A stretch of 61,860 nucleotides of DNA, counting the filler, from a bacterium (GTDB lineage Bacteria; JAMORN01), in NCBI GenBank assembly GCA_027063545.1. It is 13 parts of 13 records of this genome, joined end to end, with 100 filler letters (N's around TTAATTAATTAA, not from the genome) between each part and the next. Parts side by side here need not be neighbours in the genome. Positions count along the whole stretch, not along the records: positions 58,523 to 61,860 come from JAMORN010000276.1; 12 more parts are not named here. One strand, 5' to 3'. The translations under genes were made by a program, and so were the position numbers. This document shows, piece by piece, positions 59,492 through 61,860 of this stretch. Each line of letters begins with the position of its first letter. Within the stretch, counting starts at the first letter, position 1. Below the pieces are notes generated by a model. It was not told the DNA's origin. It saw nothing but the letters and a program-made list of their open reading frames with translations, and did not search any database.

Positions 59492-61138
59492 TTACATTCT
59501 TTCCGGGGCGTCTATACCTAAAATATCCAACCCATCCTTTATTACTTTTTTTACCACTTCTATAAGCCCATACCTTGCCTTTGAAAGTTCTTTAGGCTCT
59601 GTTATAACCCTATAATGATGGTAAAAATTATGAAATTCCCCTGCTAATTCTATTAAATAATCGTTAATTCTATGAGGCTCCAAATTCTTTACTGCTAAAT
59701 TTAAAATTTCATTATATTGATATATCTTTTTTATTAATTTTATTTCTCCTGGTTCTTTTAAAAGACTCCAATCAATATCTATATCTTTTATATCTTCATC
59801 TATATTTCTAAGAATAGAACATATTCTGGCATGAGCGTATTGTATATAAAAAACAGGATTTTCATCTGTTTGTTTTTTAGCCACCTCTATATCAAAATCT
59901 AAGTGAGAATTTGAACTTCTCATTAAAAAGAAAAATTTTGCAGCATCTTTCCCAACTTCTTCTAATAATTCATCTAAAGTAATAATCTCCCCTGTTCTTT
60001 TAGACATCTTTACCTGTTTTCCACCTCTTAATAAATTAACCTGCTGGACAATTCTAAAATCAAATCTATTTCTATCATATCCTAAAGCATCTAAAGCACC
60101 CCATAGTCTTGGAAAATATCCATGATGATCTGGCCCCCAAAATACTAAAAACCAATCATAGCCACGCGAAGCTTTATTTACGTGGTATGCTATATCTGGA
60201 AGAAAATATGTTGGCCTTTTATCTTTAGTTACTAATACTCTATCTTTTTCATCGCCAAATTCTGTTGCTTTAAACCAAATAGCACCATCCTTTTCATAGG
60301 TATATCCTAATTCTATCAATCTATTTAAGACTTCATCAACTAATCCCGATTCTCTTAATTTCTTTTCAGAAAACCATATATCAAACTTTACACCATATTG
60401 TTCTAAAGATCTTTTTTGCCAATTTATATTATACTCTAAAGCAAAATTTATAAAAATATCTAAATTTTTTTCATCTCTCCAATCAAAATCTTTACCGTAT
60501 TTTTCTAAAAAGGCCTTTGCTATATCTTTTAAATACTCTCCATGATAACCATCCTCTGGAACTTCTTCATCATACCCTAAAAGTTGAGCATATCTAGCTC
60601 TTAAAGAAAGTCCCAAAAGCTTTACTTGATTGCCTGCATCATTTATATAAAACTCTCTGTCTACTTTTTGAGCACTTCCCCTTTCAATTAATCTACATAC
60701 ACTATCCCCAACAGCTGCTGCTCTTCCTGAAACTACATTTAATGGGCCAGTAGGATTTGCTGAAACAAATTCTACATTTACTTTATGATTTTTGTAGTAT
60801 TCGTATTTAAAAAATTCATTTACATTATAATTAAAGATATAATCTAGAAATTGATAAAAATACTCATTTTTTATATAAAAATTTATAAATCCTGGGCCTG
60901 CTATTTCTATTTTTTCAAAATATCCTTTATCATCATCTATATTTTTTACTATATCAGAAGCAATATCTCTTGGTGATCTCTTTAAAACTTTAGCCAGTTG
61001 CATTGCTGTATTTATTGTAAAATCTCCAAATTTATCATTTTTAGGCTTTTCTATATTAATATCTATCTTCTCTTTTATAGATAATTTTTTTAATGTTTCT
61101 CTTACTTTACTTTTTATATATTCTTCTATTGGTATCAT
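59492..61138 (-). CDS. argS: Arginyl-tRNA synthetase
   Basis: AGPGFINF, VEFVSANPTGPL, KMSKRTG, NPVFYIQYAHAR, APERM. Start taken at the ATG at 61138 after GGAGAG. Confidence 0.96.
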   Translation of the reverse strand: MIPIEEYIKSKVRETLKKLSIKEKIDINIEKPKNDKFGDFTINTAMQLAKVLKRSPRDIASDIVKNIDDDKGYFEKIEIAGPGFINFYIKNEYFYQFLDYIFNYNVNEFFKYEYYKNHKVNVEFVSANPTGPLNVVSGRAAAVGDSVCRLIERGSAQKVDREFYINDAGNQVKLLGLSLRARYAQLLGYDEEVPEDGYHGEYLKDIAKAFLEKYGKDFDWRDEKNLDIFINFALEYNINWQKRSLEQYGVKFDIWFSEKKLRESGLVDEVLNRLIELGYTYEKDGAIWFKATEFGDEKDRVLVTKDKRPTYFLPDIAYHVNKASRGYDWFLVFWGPDHHGYFPRLWGALDALGYDRNRFDFRIVQQVNLLRGGKQVKMSKRTGEIITLDELLEEVGKDAAKFFFLMRSSNSHLDFDIEVAKKQTDENPVFYIQYAHARICSILRNIDEDIKDIDIDWSLLKEPGEIKLIKKIYQYNEILNLAVKNLEPHRINDYLIELAGEFHNFYHHYRVITEPKELSKARYGLIEVVKKVIKDGLDILGIDAPERM

Positions 61139-61169
61139 AAAAAACTCTCCCTTTATTACTTGTTTATTA

Positions 61170-61595
61170 CTAGTTATCTGAAATATCTGAATTAAAAATA
61201 ATATCTTTATTTTCAATTATCTTTTTAGGAGCCATATTCCATATTCTTTCTAAATTATAATACTCTCTAGTTTTTTTCGTAAACAAATGTACTATAATTT
61301 TTAAAAAATCTATAGCTATCCATTCTGAATTTTCTTCATATCCACTAACAGATAATGGTAAAAGATCAAGATCTTTTTTTACTAAATACTCTACTTCATC
61401 AGCAACTGCTTTTAAATGAGTTAAACTATCACATGTGGCTATTACAAATTTATCTGCTACAGATGTATAATCTTTTACATATAAAACTACTATATCAAAT
61501 CCTTTTTTATTTTCTATAGCTTCTATAATCTTTGCTTCCAATTTCTCTACATCAAAAGTTTTTAAATTCTCCCTTCTTTTGTCATATTTTTTCAT
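61170..61595 (-). CDS. rsfS: Ribosome silencing factor RsfS (Iojap)
   Basis: KKGFDIVVL, ADKFVIAT, WIAIDF, REYYNLERIW. Confidence 0.92.
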   Translation of the reverse strand: MKKYDKRRENLKTFDVEKLEAKIIEAIENKKGFDIVVLYVKDYTSVADKFVIATCDSLTHLKAVADEVEYLVKKDLDLLPLSVSGYEENSEWIAIDFLKIIVHLFTKKTREYYNLERIWNMAPKKIIENKDIIFNSDISDN

Positions 61596-61597
61596 TT

Positions 61598-61858
61598 TTA
61601 ATATCCCTCCAACTCTTTTTTATTTAATAGACTATAAATATCTTTACCTATTATTATTCTCACATTAAAATAAGAATTAGGAATTCTATATAAAAAATAA
61701 TTATTTGTATTTAATTCTTTTGCTACTTTTCTTGCAAAATCTAAATTTCCATCAAGAGCTAATACTACAGTATACTTATGCGTCCAAAATCTAGCATTCT
61801 CTGGAGAATAAACCACATAGCCTCGTTTTCTGAGAAACTCTGCTAATTTTGCAGCTAT
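61598..61858 (-). CDS. LytR C-terminal domain protein (5' truncated)
   Basis: IAAKLAEFLRKRGYVV...ARKVAKEL...VRIIIGKD; lies upstream of rsfS. Confidence 0.7.
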   Translation of the reverse strand: MAAKLAEFLRKRGYVVYSPENARFWTHKYTVVLALDGNLDFARKVAKELNTNNYFLYRIPNSYFNVRIIIGKDIYSLLNKKELEGY

Positions 61859-61860
61859 CC

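Overview
This window is not contiguous chromosome. It is 13 contigs (twelve of about 3.3-3.6 kb and one of 19.1 kb) joined by identical 100-bp artificial spacers (44 N + TTAATTAATTAA + 44 N), so genes on either side of a spacer are not real neighbours. Twelve contigs look like housekeeping DNA of a very AT-rich, probably anaerobic bacterium; an RpoC insertion points to the FCB superphylum or a related candidate phylum. They carry pilB/gspE-pcrA-clpB, a chemotaxis block (MCP-like, cheA, cheB), pheST-zapB-zapA-6S RNA, the tRNA(Thr,Tyr,Gly,Thr)-tuf-rpmG-tRNA(Trp)-secE-nusG-rplKAJL-rpoBC-rpsLG-fusA cluster, trmI, hemW, tRNA-Cys/Leu, orphan lipoproteins, a sirtuin, an MBOAT pseudogene, recR/ybaB, a MoxR-DUF58 operon, PFOR, trpD, aspC, recB, a MATE transporter, argS and rsfS. 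One contig (40973-44420) is different and looks phage-derived. It holds five consecutive, otherwise dissimilar small ORFs that all end in the same C-terminal tag [YH]-P-E-x-[FYW]-[VIL]-stop. It also has a repeated TTAAnn-N10-TATAAT promoter motif and an IS607-type tnpA/tnpB pair, each gene preceded by an identical 16-bp TATAAATA-containing element. The shared C-terminal tag is the best candidate for an undescribed system. Secondary observations are a domain-permuted CheA, enrichment of D-(S/T)-hydrophobic sequons in exported proteins, and an RpoB H526N-equivalent residue. All calls were made by eye from sequence motifs; no searches were run.
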